Positions 21,181-34,503 of a stretch of 64,000 nucleotides of DNA are shown here, in pieces. Both the position numbers and the translations under genes were made by a program. The stretch comes from Tubiluchus corallicola (taxonomy: Eukaryota > Animalia > Priapulida). The stretch is taken from NCBI GenBank assembly GCA_030141605.1, contig JAQGDQ010000180.1:1-64000 (forward strand), read 5' to 3'. How positions within the stretch are numbered: the stretch's first letter is position 1; each line of letters begins with the position of its first letter. Under the pieces are notes generated by a model, which saw nothing but the letters and a program-made list of their open reading frames with translations, was not told the origin of the DNA and made no database searches.

Positions 21181-22088
21181 ACTAGAATTGCATTCTAAAG
21201 TGAACTGCATTCAACTGGTCAGTTTGTCAACTAATCACACTTAGTGAACGAACACAATGACTAGTCACCATCTGGCTAGAAATTTACTAAATTCCTGCAT
21301 AACGAAAACTAAATAATTGAATTTTTACCAAAATTAAAAAGTATCAGTGACCCACTAGTTACTTACTTAGTTATTAATATAGATATTAATTTCGTTTATG
21401 AATCTGTCATTACGCTGTTGTCTAAATATGAGTAAATATTCGTCAGATTAACTCTTTTTTTCTAGTACACTAACTAAGTTAACTGCGCCATCATATGATC
21501 ACTGATGTAACCCGTTACACAAAGTCTCTATTGTTATATGTTTACGTATTAGGCGTTGTGTTTGCATGATCTTGCTTCATTAGTTTATCTATGATACCCC
21601 CTGTTGGTGGGTGTTTCTCGTAATCTCACGCCTTAAACAATCCGGGACGGCCACCTACACACGCGGTTTTTCGGTTGAGCTTCTTAACTATGAAATCTAC
21701 AACCAAAACACTTGTTACCTTGCGTAATAGCATCTCTACCGTTTCACGAACAAGCCAACATACGCTTAAAAGCGAGGTGAACAGCTGAACTGTTACTTTA
21801 TTCATAGAGCGAGTTAAGTTAAGCAGCATCGGGCTTGGTCTGTAAATGGAAAGGTGAGTCTGGTTCAATGTTGGTTCTGGGCGATTTAACCTTCACTCTG
21901 TCTCTCATCAGGACGTGACTGGGATGCCACTGCCAGTCTAGTGCCTCATCTTAAAAGTTATCATTGATAACGCAATACAGATCTCGGTCCTATCAGATTC
22001 TATTCATACTGCAAGTTTCAGTCAAACACAGAAATGGAAATCGAAATCAACGCGCCAACACGAAAATCGAAAAAGACTGGATCGTTAA

Positions 22089-22710
22089 AGGAAAACCGGA
22101 CCCAATCTTAAACTGTAGTTCAAAACAATCTACTCTTTAAGAAATTGAAAGGAAACGTACTATTTTTTCAAAAATGATTTATTACCACACAAACACAATT
22201 TCACGTTCACGCCACTAGTTCTTTGCTGTTACATGGATTTCGCCATTCCATAGTTAGACGGGCACTAGCGCCTGCATTTCGGAAACGCAAAGCACAAAAA
22301 CACGTGCTGTACCTGTCAGTTCAGATATGATATGAAAATTCAGTTTTTACCTTAAAACCTGCCTAGTTTTAGTACAACACACTGAATCTCTTACAGTAGT
22401 ACTTCAATTTTCGCTTTCGCTAACACGTGCAACATTTGTGCTGTTGAAAATTATGTTAGTTTGAGATGTCATAAATATTTAATTACCACAAACGGTTTTG
22501 CAGCATTAATTCTGTTAAAATGAACACTTTTTATTTTATTTTCAAGAGTGACACTTATATTCATTCTACTTTGCATACGAAATGGACGTCATTTCTGTTC
22601 CACAGACATAATGATTTCACTACTTGAATTTATGAATTTTAAATAATGTTTATTGATTGTGTACTAATAACGTAATTATATTCCTATTATCGTTTACTTG
22701 TATATATGTG

Positions 22711-22777
<67 letters not shown>

Positions 22778-22981
22778 GTGTGTGTGTGTTTGTGTGCAAT
22801 TAATTTAATCTTTATTTTTACTACTAAAATTTTAGGTAAGGCTATTTTAAATTTTCACATATTTTATGTATTGTTTTGCATTTTTATATTAACTTTCTTG
22901 TCTGAAAAAAAATTATAATCAATCAATTATCGGACTTGAAAATGGGGATTACATGTATATGAAAAATCATCCTGTCTTCCT
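22089..22981 (+). mobile_element. Kolobok-type MITE family B with nested insert
   Basis: TTAA|AGGAAAACCGGA ... TCCTGTCTTCCT|TTAA; extra segment ~22535-22930 containing (TG)n. Confidence 0.8.
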
Positions 22982-23374
22982 TTAAGCTGAAAAGTTCCTT
23001 GAAGAAATACTCAATGATTTAACGACTGTACCATTACACAACTACAGCTGCATGAGCTGTAACATCAATGTTGCACTATGATGGCCAATGATCTTAAAAA
23101 TGCGCTCAATTACTACAAGACGACAATAGCAGGCCTTGACAATGTTAACAAGAGTCAACCAGAAAGATTACCAATCAAGGCAAGTTAACTATGCAAATTT
23201 ACCTTTACTAATCTAAACACGACGAGAGAGACTATTTAAAATAACATTCTATTTTTTCACCATGGACATGTGAAAATGCTTAACGATTAGACCTTGAGTG
23301 TAATAACAACGTTTCAATGAAGTTGCAATGTAAACAGGTAACGCTTTGCGGCAGCTAATTACTCATTTAAAATT

Positions 23375-24620
23375 ACGGAATAGGCCTATACTCCGTCAAA
23401 GCTTTAAACTCCCCCTTAGACTCAGCATATGCGATCACGGAATAGGCCCATACTCCGTCAAAGCTTTAAACTCCCCCTTAGACTCAGTGTATGCGATCAC
23501 GGAATAGGCCCATACTCCGTCAAAGCTTTAAACTCCCCCTTAGACTCAGCGCATGCGATCACGGAATAGGCCCATACTCCGTCAAAGCTTTAAACTCCCC
23601 CTTAGACTCAGCGTATGCGATCACGGAATAGGCCCATACTCCGTCAAAGCTTTAAAAACTCCCCCTTAGACTCAGTGTTGGCGATCACGGAATAGGCCCA
23701 TACTCCGTCAAAGCTTTAAACTCCCCCTTAGACTCAGCATATGCGATCACGGAATAGGCCCATACTCCGTCAAAGCTTTAAACTCCCACTTAGACTCAGC
23801 GTATGCGATTACGGAATAGGCCCATACTCCGTCAAAGCTTTAAACTCCCCCTTAGACTCAGCGTATGCGATCACGGAATAGGCCCATACTCCGTCAAAGC
23901 TTTAAACTCCCCCTTAGACTCAGCGTATGCGATCACGGAATAGGCCCATACTCCGTCAAAGCTTTAAACTCCCCCTTAGACTCAGCGCATGCGATCACGG
24001 AATAGGCCCATACTCCGTCAAAGCTTTAAACTCCCCCTTAGACTCAGCGTATGCGATCACGGAATAGGCCCATACTCCGTCAAAGCTTTAAAAACTCCCC
24101 CTTAGACTCAGTGTTGGCGATCACGGAATAGGCCCATACTCCGTCAAAGCTTTAGACTCCCCCTTAGACTCAGCGTATGCGATCACGGAATAGGCCCATA
24201 CTCCGTCAAAGCTTTAAACTCCCACTTAGACTCAGCGTATGCGATCACGGAATAGGCCCATACTCCGTCAAAGCTTTAAACTCCCCCTTAGACTCAGCGT
24301 ATGCGATCACGGAATAGGCCCATACTCCGTCAAAGCTTTAAACTCCCCCTTAGACTCAGCGTATGCGATCACGGAATAGGCCCATACTCCGTCAAAGCTT
24401 TAAAAACTCCCCCTTAGACTCAGTGTTGGCGATCACGGAATAGGCCCATACTCCGTCAAAGCTTTAAACTCCCCCTTAGACTCAGCGTATGCGATCACGG
24501 AATAGGCCCATACTCCGTCAAAGCTTTAAACTCCCCCTTAGACTCAGGGTATGGGATCACGGAATAGGCCCATACTCCGTCAAAGCTTTAAACTCCCCCT
24601 TAGACTCAGCGTATGCGATC
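23375..24620. repeat. 62-bp tandem array (~20 copies) with hairpin-forming unit
   Basis: Unit acggaataggcccatactccgtcaaagctttaaactcccccttagactcagcgtatgcgatc; head-to-tail with no spacers. Confidence 0.97.
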
Positions 24621-24904
24621 AAATAAAATCAAATTCGAAGATGAAAATGACCTTTACAAGTTTCGGATATCGAAACGCACTTGCCATAGTAACCATACTA
24701 AGCAGCTGCAGAAATAGCAATTTACTTAATTATACATTTTTACCTAAAATTGAATTAACCTTGTACTAGTTACAAGTCAAACAGCTATTAATGTTTACGC
24801 GCAGAGGATTCACGCAAAAATCAATAACGCCGGAATCGGAAAGCTTGTAAATTCTCACATAAATTCAATGTCAAATAGGTAGAGATAGAGAATATGTCAA
24901 ATAT

Positions 24905-25498
24905 CGGTGCAGTGATTTGCATTTTGGGTTAAAAATTCTTATGTGAACCTCTAAGGCACCCACAGTGCAACGTCTGACTGGAGCTTGGCTATCGGTTAAC
25001 AAGAATTCTCATGTGAACCTCTAAGGCACCCATAGTGCAACGTCTGACAGGAGCTTGGCTATCGGTTAACAAGAATTCTCATGTGAACCTCTAAGGCACC
25101 CATAGTGCAACGTCTGACAGGAGCTTGGCTATCGGTTAACAAGAATTCTCATGTGAACCTCTAAGGCACCCATAGTGCAACGTCTTACAGGAGCTTGGCT
25201 ATCGGTTAACAAGAATTCTTATGTGAACCTCTAAGGCACCACAGTGCAACGTCTTACAGGAGCTTAGCTATCAGTTAACAAGAATTCTCAAGTGAACCTC
25301 TAAGGCACCCACATTGCAACGTCTGACTGGAGCTAGGCTATCAGTTAGCAAGAATTCTTATGTGAACCTCTAAGGCACCACATTGCAACGTCTGACTGGA
25401 GCTTGGCTATGGGTGCTGTGATTTGCATTTTGGGTTAACAAGAATTCTCATGTGAACCTCTAAGGCACCCATAGTGCAACGTCTGACAGGAGCCTGGC
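24905..25498. repeat. 70-bp tandem array (~8 copies)
   Basis: atgtgaacctctaaggcacc recurs at 24941, 25011, 25081, 25151 and onward. Confidence 0.95.
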
Positions 25499-26085
25499 TC
25501 CGCTGTCATGCGCATAATACAATTTACTGTTTTTTTTCCAAAAAACTTTTAGCTCATACAGGTATGCATTTAAATTTAAGGTAAACACTACAATTGCATC
25601 AAATTCAAATACATTTCAAAAACCGAAAACATTTTAATTTAAAAAAATAAATTTAACAGCACGATTTTGTAAAGAATAGCGTTAATCGATTAAACAGTTA
25701 TAAAGATGTATGACTAAAGTTATATAAATTACTAAATGTCTACTATAAACTACAGCCATTCATTAACTAGTTCGTGATAGAATAAACCCACAAACATGTC
25801 TTCATTTCCGCGAGTTCTGTGACATCTACGTGACAATGTTATCAAACATTCTAGACCAGCATTGCAGTGACACAGCAGTTGGAGTGGAATGGTAGGATTG
25901 GAACAGCGGTGGCATGTACGTCTGCTCTAAATTATATATAGAGAGCGGTTCTGAGAATTATTTACCTGACAAGGAATGGCAAACGCATGAAAAGAAAGAG
26001 TTGAATTGAATTCTTGGAGAAAAATATTCTTAGAGAAAAAATCATAAAACTCGATTTCATACAGTCTGATAGAGAATAACCTTAA

Positions 26086-26693
26086 AGTAAAACCGGAGCC
26101 AATCTTAAACTGCAGGTCAAAACAATCTACTCATTAAAACATTGAAAGGAAACGTACGCTAGCGCCTGCATTTCAAAAACAGGTTCTGTACCGCTCAATT
26201 CAGATGTGCTAGTTTGTGATGTACTGCATACGTTCGACAGCTCATGCATGAGTTCAGCAGTAAATTTCAAATCTGAATTTTTATCTTAAAACTTGCCAAG
26301 TTTTAGCATAACACACTGAATATCTTACAGTAGCACTGTACTTCAATTTTCGCTCTGCAAACGGGTGCAACATGCTCATGGAATATTTTTGCTGTTCAAA
26401 ATTATGTTAGTTAATGATGTCATCAATAGTCGGGCTCGCCCCCAGTCATTAATTAAGATTTTAATCTATTATTCAATTATCACAAACGCTTTTGCAGTAT
26501 TAACTGTGTAAAAATGTATAGTTTTTATTTTATTTTCAAGAGTGACACTTATATTCATTCTGCTTTGCATGTGAAATGGACGTCATTTCTGTTCCATAGA
26601 CATAACGATTTCACTACTTGAATTTATGAATTTTAAATAATATGTTTATTGATTGTGTATCGATAATGTAACTATATTCCTATTATCGTTTAC

Positions 26694-26738
<45 letters not shown>

Positions 26739-26936
26739 CGTGTTTGTGTCAAATTAATTTAATCTTTATTTTTAGTACTAAAATTTTAGTTAAGGTCATT
26801 TTAAATTTTCACATATTTTATGTATTGTTTTGCATTTTTATATTAACTTTCTTGTCTGAAATAAATTTATAATCAATCAATTATCGGACTTGAAAATGGG
26901 GTTTTACATGTATATGAAAAATCATCCTGTCTTCCT
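26086..26936 (+). mobile_element. Kolobok-type MITE family B with the same nested insert
   Basis: TTAA|AGTAAAACCGGA ... TCCTGTCTTCCT|TTAA; insert ~26529-26884. Confidence 0.8.
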
Positions 26937-27685
26937 TTAAAGAACGTTCGAATGAACAGATCAATTAATAATATGATCACATAAACAAAGTAAAAAAAAG
27001 CTCAAAGAATAATAAAATAAACAGTTTAGGCCATTTCTGCATTCAGGAAAAACTAGAATTTCAGCGTTGCACAGTTACTGCTCCCCAGTATACATACAGT
27101 GGATTGCGGAACGATAAAGAATGTGAAATTTGGGACAGGGGCAGGTTTTTACACAGCCAGAGGGGTTCTTGTCCTATGTACATCCTACAGTCATGCACAA
27201 TAAACCGGAATAATTATTGCCATCCATGTAAAAACTGACTGCATTCGCGTGGGGAGGGGGATAAAACCAGAGGGAGCAAAGAGCAAAGGCCTAGGCGATA
27301 CAACTGATAAGATCAAAAAGTAATGGTGAAATATGTCGGTTCAAGAGCTGCAGGCCAAAGACAAACACGCTGTAAGTTTTAAAAGTGGTGCCAGTTGATA
27401 TACAAAACGTGGCACTAAAAAAATAGTGAATTCTCGAGGCGTTAAATAAAATCGTCTCACATGATTCAGTAATTGAATTGAATTGAATTTACTGACTAAC
27501 AGGTATAAAGCATATCAATAATACATCACATACAATGTTGTAGTCCAAATTAAAAACAATATCGGTAACAATGAGTCTAAACTGTCACACAGATAAAAAC
27601 ACAGGCTTACAATGAAAGATTACAAGAAGATCATATCAGATGGTTAAAAATATGAACACTACAACAAATATAACACTCAATGGCG

Positions 27686-27793
27686 GCAGACAGACAGACA
27701 GACACGCACGCGCTCGCACTCACTCACGCACGCACGCACACACACACAAACACACACACGCGCGCGCGCGCGCACACACACACACACACACAC
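27686..27793. repeat. (CAGA)/(CA)/(CG) compound microsatellite
   Basis: Visible tandem units. Confidence 0.9.
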
Positions 27794-28743
27794 TTCTACA
27801 AATAATTTCACAGTCGCCCGTCTCGCAGAAATTGGTATAAAATTGAACTACTGAAATGATAGTCCATTTTTGTTCACAGTCTTACGAAAAGGCCTTTGTT
27901 TCGTCACAATGAGTGCGAGTTCTAAGAACTGCATAAAATTTTAGCAAGAACTATGGACCACGCAGACTTACTGTACATTCTATAGAGACCAACACTTAGC
28001 TTAGTACCACTTGAAAAAAAAGAGTATGACCGACTAACTTTACCTAAAATAACAATTTATTACGTTTATTATGTCTTATATTTTTATTTCGTAATCTTCA
28101 GAGTGCAATACTCGAGTGACAAAGTAATTAAAAGTGAAATAAAATATTAAAGAACTACTACAAAAACAGTGCAAATTAAAACAAAGTGATGATAATAATA
28201 TAAGTAGAAGATTGAAAACACAAAGAACTAAAAGAATTGCTTACAGGTGTCTATTAAAAAGTAAAAATTTGCAAAAATCAACATGACATAACCGTTTTAT
28301 TTGAATAATTTTCACATGTGATGGTAGTTTATTCTATAAACTTACAACTCTGTTGCTGAAGAAATGTTTAAAGCTGTATACGGTACATGGTACTTTAACT
28401 CTCCCAATTACAGGTGTCACCTCGAATACTCTCTGCTATTCACATACAGATGAGAATTTCATAGAACGCCATGGGCTCTGTGTACTTGTTGAAGCGGGCA
28501 CGCAGAATACTTCAACAATAATGCGGAAAGAAGAATGTTAAACACTTTCCCTCGCAGAAAAACAAGTTTTCTATAGGCTTTCAGCTTTCAGTACACAGGA
28601 AGATGAGAACGTTCGAGCATTGCTGCCCCTGACTTTTTGGGAAAAATAAACCAGACTCGAACGAGTACTTTCATTCAGTAAAGTATTGAAGAAAAACACA
28701 ACCAAGTCAGACAGAGGCTGCCAGGCGCCTGAAGTCCAACTCG

Positions 28744-29102
28744 TGAACATGTGGCGCACATCATCATTTGCACTGAACATGTGGCGCACATCATCATTTG
28801 CACTGAACATGTCGCGCACATCATCATTTGCACTGAACATGTGGCGCATATCATCATCTGCACTGAACATGTCGCGCACATCATCATTTGCACTGAACAT
28901 GTCGCGCACATCATCATTTGCACTGAACATGTCGCGCACATCATCATTTGCACTGAACATGTCGCGCACATCATCATTTGCACTGAACATGTGGCGCATA
29001 TCATCATCTGCACTGAACATGTCGCGCACATCATCATTTGCACTGAACATGTCACGCACATCATCATTTGCACTGAACATGTGGCGCACATCATCATTTG
29101 CA
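28744..29102. repeat. 30-bp tandem array (12 copies)
   Basis: Unit tgaacatgt(g/c)gcgcacatcatcatttgcac. Confidence 0.97.
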
Positions 29103-29464
29103 TTCTTTCATTCAATAATGACGATTTGAAATAACAATTCGCTAATCAAACATGTATTAAAAAACTTAAAATTCATATTTCAAGTTTACCGTTATGCGCT
29201 CATGCATGAATTCTCGAGCGTGCGCACTACGTCACAATTGAACACTTCTGAGAGGTATTGCTCTTGTTTTGAGTGCAATGCATTCCCGAGATGCAGTAAA
29301 TGTTTAAATGTTATTCAACATCTAAGAACGACTCAACATCAGTAAAACTAACAGAAGCCAAAAGGAACAGAGTGGATTGAATTTGCCCCTAACACTATTA
29401 AATTGCAACATTAAAGGACCAATCTTACACTATACCTTAAAACAATTTACCCTACAAAATAGTG

Positions 29465-29806
29465 AAAACAAAACCGGACCTAATCTTAAACTATAGGTCA
29501 AAAGAATCTGCTCTGTAAAATAGTGAAAGGAAACATACTATTTTCTCGAGAATGACTTACGTGAAAGAATTATTACCTCAGAAATATAATTTAGCGTTTG
29601 CTAGTTCTTGGTAGTTGCATACAGTTCGCCATTCGCTAGTTAAGTGGGCACACCCCAGCATCTCGGAAAGCCATTGCACACAAAACAGGAGCAGTGCTTC
29701 CGTTCGCATGTTGTGTTGTGACGTAGTGCACAATTTCAAGAGTTCGCACGAGCACAGCGGCAAACTTGAAATATGAAATTTAAACTTAAAATTAGCACTG
29801 TACTTC
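29465..29806 (+). mobile_element. Partial Kolobok-type MITE family B, interrupted by the RTE-derived element
   Basis: aaaccggacctaatcttaaactataggtcaaaa left-end motif; similarity stops at tagcactgtacttc. Confidence 0.6.
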
Positions 29807-30154
29807 GGAGCCCCGAAGGCGGACCAATGCAGCATGCTCACTGACTCCGGCAGCTCCTGCAGCCAACCTGGTGCCAAACGTATCGCTGCGCTTTCCTTTG
29901 GACTACACCAAGGAGGAGGAGAGGGGGTTCCTGTTGTCTGGGCAACTCAGGATCTCCATACACCAGGCGTGCGCCCTGGAGAGGCCACTCCAGTGACAGA
30001 AACAACACGGGAGGCAGCAGTTACGGCTGTCTAACTGCCGTTCAAGGATCGGACTGCTCAGCCACAGTCGACGCTGCAGCTCCATCAATGTGGTCAATAA
30101 CTGACTCTCTTGGCGCACACTCCATTGTCTTCCGAGAAAGAAGGATGCCAACAA
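29807..30154 (+). mobile_element. Bipartite RTE-derived element, copy 2 (longer variant)
   Basis: Same head and tail as copy 1; reads CRSRIGLLSHSRRCSSINVVNN-stop; extra ~56 bp at the internal junction. Confidence 0.75.
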
Positions 30155-30439
30155 TATTAACATTTCCACGGTATAATCTTCACGCTGCTGACATACAGTC
30201 ATACTCGATACAAGTTATCTTTGTAGGGGATTGTTTCTATTTGCTTTGATATCAACACCAAACTCTATAAATTATATATTTGCCAAATACAGTCTCTAGT
30301 TAGTTTCTACCCGACGCTCAAACTCCACCCTCAAGACTTTCGTAGCCAAACTAATCGGTCATCGGGGAATATGGGCCCGAGTTCGAAATCAGCTTGTGAT
30401 TTTTTTTAGCTGTGAAATTAGCCAAATTCATGTGAAAAT

Positions 30440-30875
30440 CGGGGCTTCCACAGAATTTTAAAATAAATTTCCCTGACTTTTCCCTGACCAAGATAAGCAG
30501 AAATTGTATTACCTGTATACGTATTCAAACAATTTTGTGTATGGACATTCATACATATACTGATATGTAATGTGTCGAAACAGTTGCAGTAGTGCTTACA
30601 CTAATCCGCATTAAATAAACTTCCTTAATCCAATCATTATTTTTTGGAACAGAAATCGAAACTTGGAGCCTGCCATAGCAAAACTTCATTTGATCACGAA
30701 TCAATGAAAAATATGTCTGGCAAAATATCGGTTCACGATGATTATTTTTGCAACCTTTTCCAATTTCCCTGACTTTTTACCAAATTATCTTTTTCCCTGA
30801 CTTTTCTATGACTTTCCAAGATAAGCCTGTACTTTCAAGGCCTTTCCAGGATTTTCCCTGACCGTGAGAACCCTG
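30440..30875. mobile_element. MITE with CAGGG-type ends and 6-bp TSD (hAT-like)
   Basis: GAAAAT flanks both ends; imperfect TIR CGGGGCTTCCACAG / CCGTGAGAACCCTG; subterminal TTTCCCTGAC repeats. Confidence 0.65.
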
Positions 30876-31484
30876 GAAAATGCATACTCCTCTTCCTCGT
30901 CCTTTCCTCCCCTCCGCCTTCGCTAGAAGAAATCAACTACCTTGACAAGATAATTCTTGTACACGGACACATATACAGAAATATTACTTCAGGGCAGGTG
31001 AACAAGGTCAGTAGATGTAAAAGTTAATCGCACGGCTCTAATCTCTCAAAACATGTCCGCCCAAATTCTAGTTCAAGTAAAGGCAAAAGAATTAAACTGT
31101 CTAAACAAACACGAAATATAGCTTTTGTTTAGTCTTACCTTCAGGTAAATTTTTGCTTTCGTTCACTATAAACACGATTTACTGAATCCGTTTAAGTATG
31201 TTACATAAACAAATTCTACAAACGTGAGCAGAAAAATGGAAATTATCAGCAAATTCGGACAAAATACGTGTAAATAATGTAACAAGGCTGAACGTGATAC
31301 AGACTGGGTGGGTCAAAAGCAAAACAGTATATCAGTAGAACCCAGAGCATGTATATCATGCGACTGCTGACATAGGAAGACGTAAAGAGGGGAAAGAAGG
31401 ATCAAACTGTATCCATTGAAACTATAATTAATGCTTTTCTAGATAATGTATCTTGAAAAATGTACTGCTTCTGGTTAAGAAAGG

Positions 31485-31950
31485 ATCGGATAGGACAGGG
31501 CAGGACAGGACAGGACAGGACGGGACAAGTTAAAATATTTAGTCAGGATAACTTGATTGAGCAAAGCTCGTTTACAACAATGTCCTGACGGTCGCACAAT
31601 TTGCAAAACAATATTCAGGGTAAAAGCAAAAAAACACACATTATGAACAAAAACAAAACATGCCATAGTTTAAAAGCAGCTTAAAAAGACGAAATTTAAA
31701 AAAAACACAATACAATTAACTAGAATAACAATCTTGATAAAAAGCTTTAAGATGACCCTTAAATAAGTTAATATTTCTACTGCTCCTTAATTCAGTTGAC
31801 AAAAAATTCCATATTCTACCCCCCCCCCTCCCCTGTAGTTTAGAGATTTTTGTCCAGCTTATAATCTGTATAAGGGTATTTGTAATTCATTTCTTGTGGC
31901 TGACCTGGTTCGATACTGATGCGAATATCCAGTTAACGTAAAAGGAATAT
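31485..31950 (-). mobile_element. 3' remnant of a CR1/L2-type LINE
   Basis: Minus strand reads HQYRTRSATRNELQIPLYR...WNFL...FK, like CR1-group ORF2 C-termini; short (CCTGT)n tail. Confidence 0.45.
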
Positions 31951-31959
31951 GTCACAGTT

Positions 31960-32480
31960 TGCCTTCATTTTCTTTCGTCTTCAAAGTCTCATTTCAGCTC
32001 TTGCAGACATTGAGTCACGAACATTTATCAGAGAATTCCACCCAATATCTGCAGCTAACAGCATAAGTTCTTCTACTGTTAACAGAGATTTGGTTGAAGT
32101 TGTTGAATATCTTTATTATCTTAGCCATCCAAGTTGTTTATGATTTGCCAGGTGGTTTTTTTTGCAAAGTTTTAAGGCTTTCTTTAAGGCAATTCCTACT
32201 GGTACTTCACTCGGTAATCTCAGCGTCCTCGCCATCTCAATATTCGAATCTTGGCTTTTGAACTCCAAGACATTTCTCATTCTAGTTTCGTTGAGCGTCT
32301 GCAAAGACTTTTCATTAGTAATCTTCGATTTATTGACAGTAAAGCCTCTGCGTTTGCAAAAAAAACTCCATTCGAGATCGCTGTTAAAACAACTTACAGC
32401 ACCTTTTCATCGAGTCACTGGTATCAGTTTGGTCAGCGATTACATATTTCTCAAAGTCGTTTAGCTTAGAACCGCTTCAG
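31960..32480 (-). mobile_element. Degraded LINE ORF2 C-terminal remnant (RTE-like)
   Basis: LRLPSEVPVGIALKKAL segment resembles RTE-group C-termini; frameshifted. Confidence 0.35.
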
Positions 32481-32914
32481 CAAAGCTAATGCAAAGACAA
32501 TAGCTGTATAATAGACAAGGACGCCAAGCTGATGTTCTCCTAAATTCTAGCTACCTAGCCGTTGTTTCACTTTCAGCACCAATAACTTGTGAAAGCTAAT
32601 CCCTCTTCTGATTCTTGACTAAACTAACGAAATTGTGCAATCCTCATTAAGGACATGTATAAGTGAATTTTGCACAGCCCAATTAATTCAAAAGTGAAGG
32701 AAATGAGTACCTTGAGGGCCTAAATTTCTGACAACCTGCATTTCTGAAAACGGTCATAATTGTGTCAGTAGATCTGAGAAGAAACACGCAGCGAAGAAGT
32801 TACGAATTATGCTTCTGCTTCAATTAAGTACTTTTGAAAAAAAAATTGAAAAGCAGGCAGATGTCACAAACGCCGGTAATGAACTAGCTAGTTTATTACT
32901 GGGTGAAAGACTAG

Positions 32915-33551
32915 AAAAATCGCCTCAAAAAATTACAGCAATTTTATTCGGATATCGTGCTCGCGTTAAAGGCAATTTTTGTTTGTTTTCATTTTAAATC
33001 TCCCGCATACTGTTGCCATGGCGCCATTACATGACGTCATATATGCACAATGTAAAGAAAAGGAAATATTAAACTAGGTCCCAAAAAATTTTCCGTGCAA
33101 AGTTGCATTACTTAACATTTCGCTTACCTGCTTGAAAGACTAATACAACTGGAAAAGAAAATTGTTAATTATTTAAAATGTTATCACCAATTCGTATAAT
33201 GTCGCAGGCTCACCCTCCAGGGTGTGCCACTCACAGACCAAAAACGTATTTTTAATCTTACTGACAAGATATAGTAATTTAAAATATAAGTTAGTGACAC
33301 GTGTGCTACGAATGCTCTGATTATCCTTTCAAACTTTACTCAGTGTTATCTAAATTTGATTCAAATGACTTATCGTCAAAATGGCTGCACTTAACGGTCA
33401 TCTCTGGAGTTTAAATTTATATATTTTATACAACGTTACTACCAAACCGACGCAAGCCCTGTACACAAAAAGGCAGTATCAGTATGCAAGCGGTATAAAA
33501 TTTTAAGACGAATTTTTTAAGCTTTATGTAAGTTGAGGATTTTCTTGTGCT
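32915..33551 (-). mobile_element. Kolobok-type MITE family A, reverse orientation
   Basis: TTTTCTTGTGCT at 33540-51 is the reverse complement of the family A left end; body colinear. Confidence 0.7.
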
Positions 33552-33661
33552 GTTTATTTTAAGTTTAGAAACAAAATTATGTTGAATTCTCTCGGTAATA
33601 GATGGGTGGGTCTAACTGTCCATATAAACAGCAGCACAAAGCCCAGTATATTATATAAAAA

Positions 33662-33663
<2 letters not shown>

Positions 33664-33707
<44 letters not shown>
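33664..33707. repeat. (TA)n microsatellite
   Basis: Visible. Confidence 0.95.
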
Positions 33708-33709
<2 letters not shown>

Positions 33710-34503
33710 TCTTTATTTGATATCACTGTACAAAAACTTTACAGAGATGATCAATCAGTGTTAGTTACTAAAAACTTACACTGCTAAAGGCAAATGCGTC
33801 AGTGCAATCTAAACTACTGAGCAGTAATGGAAAGTATTTACAATTATTCACAAGAATCAAAAATTACGATTTAATTAATATGACCGTGGATAAAGAAATT
33901 CTGAATCAGTGTGTATGTTGTCGTTCTGGTGTGATGGTATTTCATATCTAGTTAATATTAATGGTTTTAATTTCGTTTTAAATGCTGATAGGAACCTGAT
34001 TTGTTGAACCTGTAATGGTAGAGAATTCCAAAGTAGAATCGCTTGCTTGATTATAGAGTTCGTTCCATAGTGGGTATTTGTCCCAATTTGTTTTAAATGT
34101 AAAAAAACCTGGCAGACGAAGACAGCGCATAAATGTTCTCACTAGAAAGTTACCCAGCAGACACAACTGGCAGAATTAATTTAGAGAGTGCACTCTATAC
34201 TGTATTGGTAAATAGTACGAAGGGCGTTGTCAATATTAGTTGCACTCAACCAGCGCAGTTTTTTCCCTCCTAACTTCCTAGGTGGTCCAACACCTGTCAT
34301 CGTGCACTTATTAGACTCTCCTCTTAACATTTGCACACAATTCACGTTTAGTTCAATTAATCTTGGGCCAAAACGATTTTACATGAAGCCAACTACGAAA
34401 TGGCATTACTGTCACTATAGATGACCAACCGTAGTGTACTTAATATTAGAACATGGGTCGAAGTGTAATTGTCAGAGTCCCTGCAACAAGATTAGAGATT
34501 TAA

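Noticed and set aside
22085-22985. piggyBac classification of the TTAA-flanked MITEs
   Set aside because: The ends are AG...CT rather than CC...GG, which fits Kolobok better.
23375-24620. CRISPR array (palindromic repeat with ~62-bp period)
   Set aside because: The inter-hairpin segments are the same in every unit, so there are no unique spacers; no cas genes; eukaryotic context.
28571-29134. Four overlapping repeat ORFs of 127-172 aa
   Set aside because: They arise from a 30-bp unit lacking stops; no other coding evidence.
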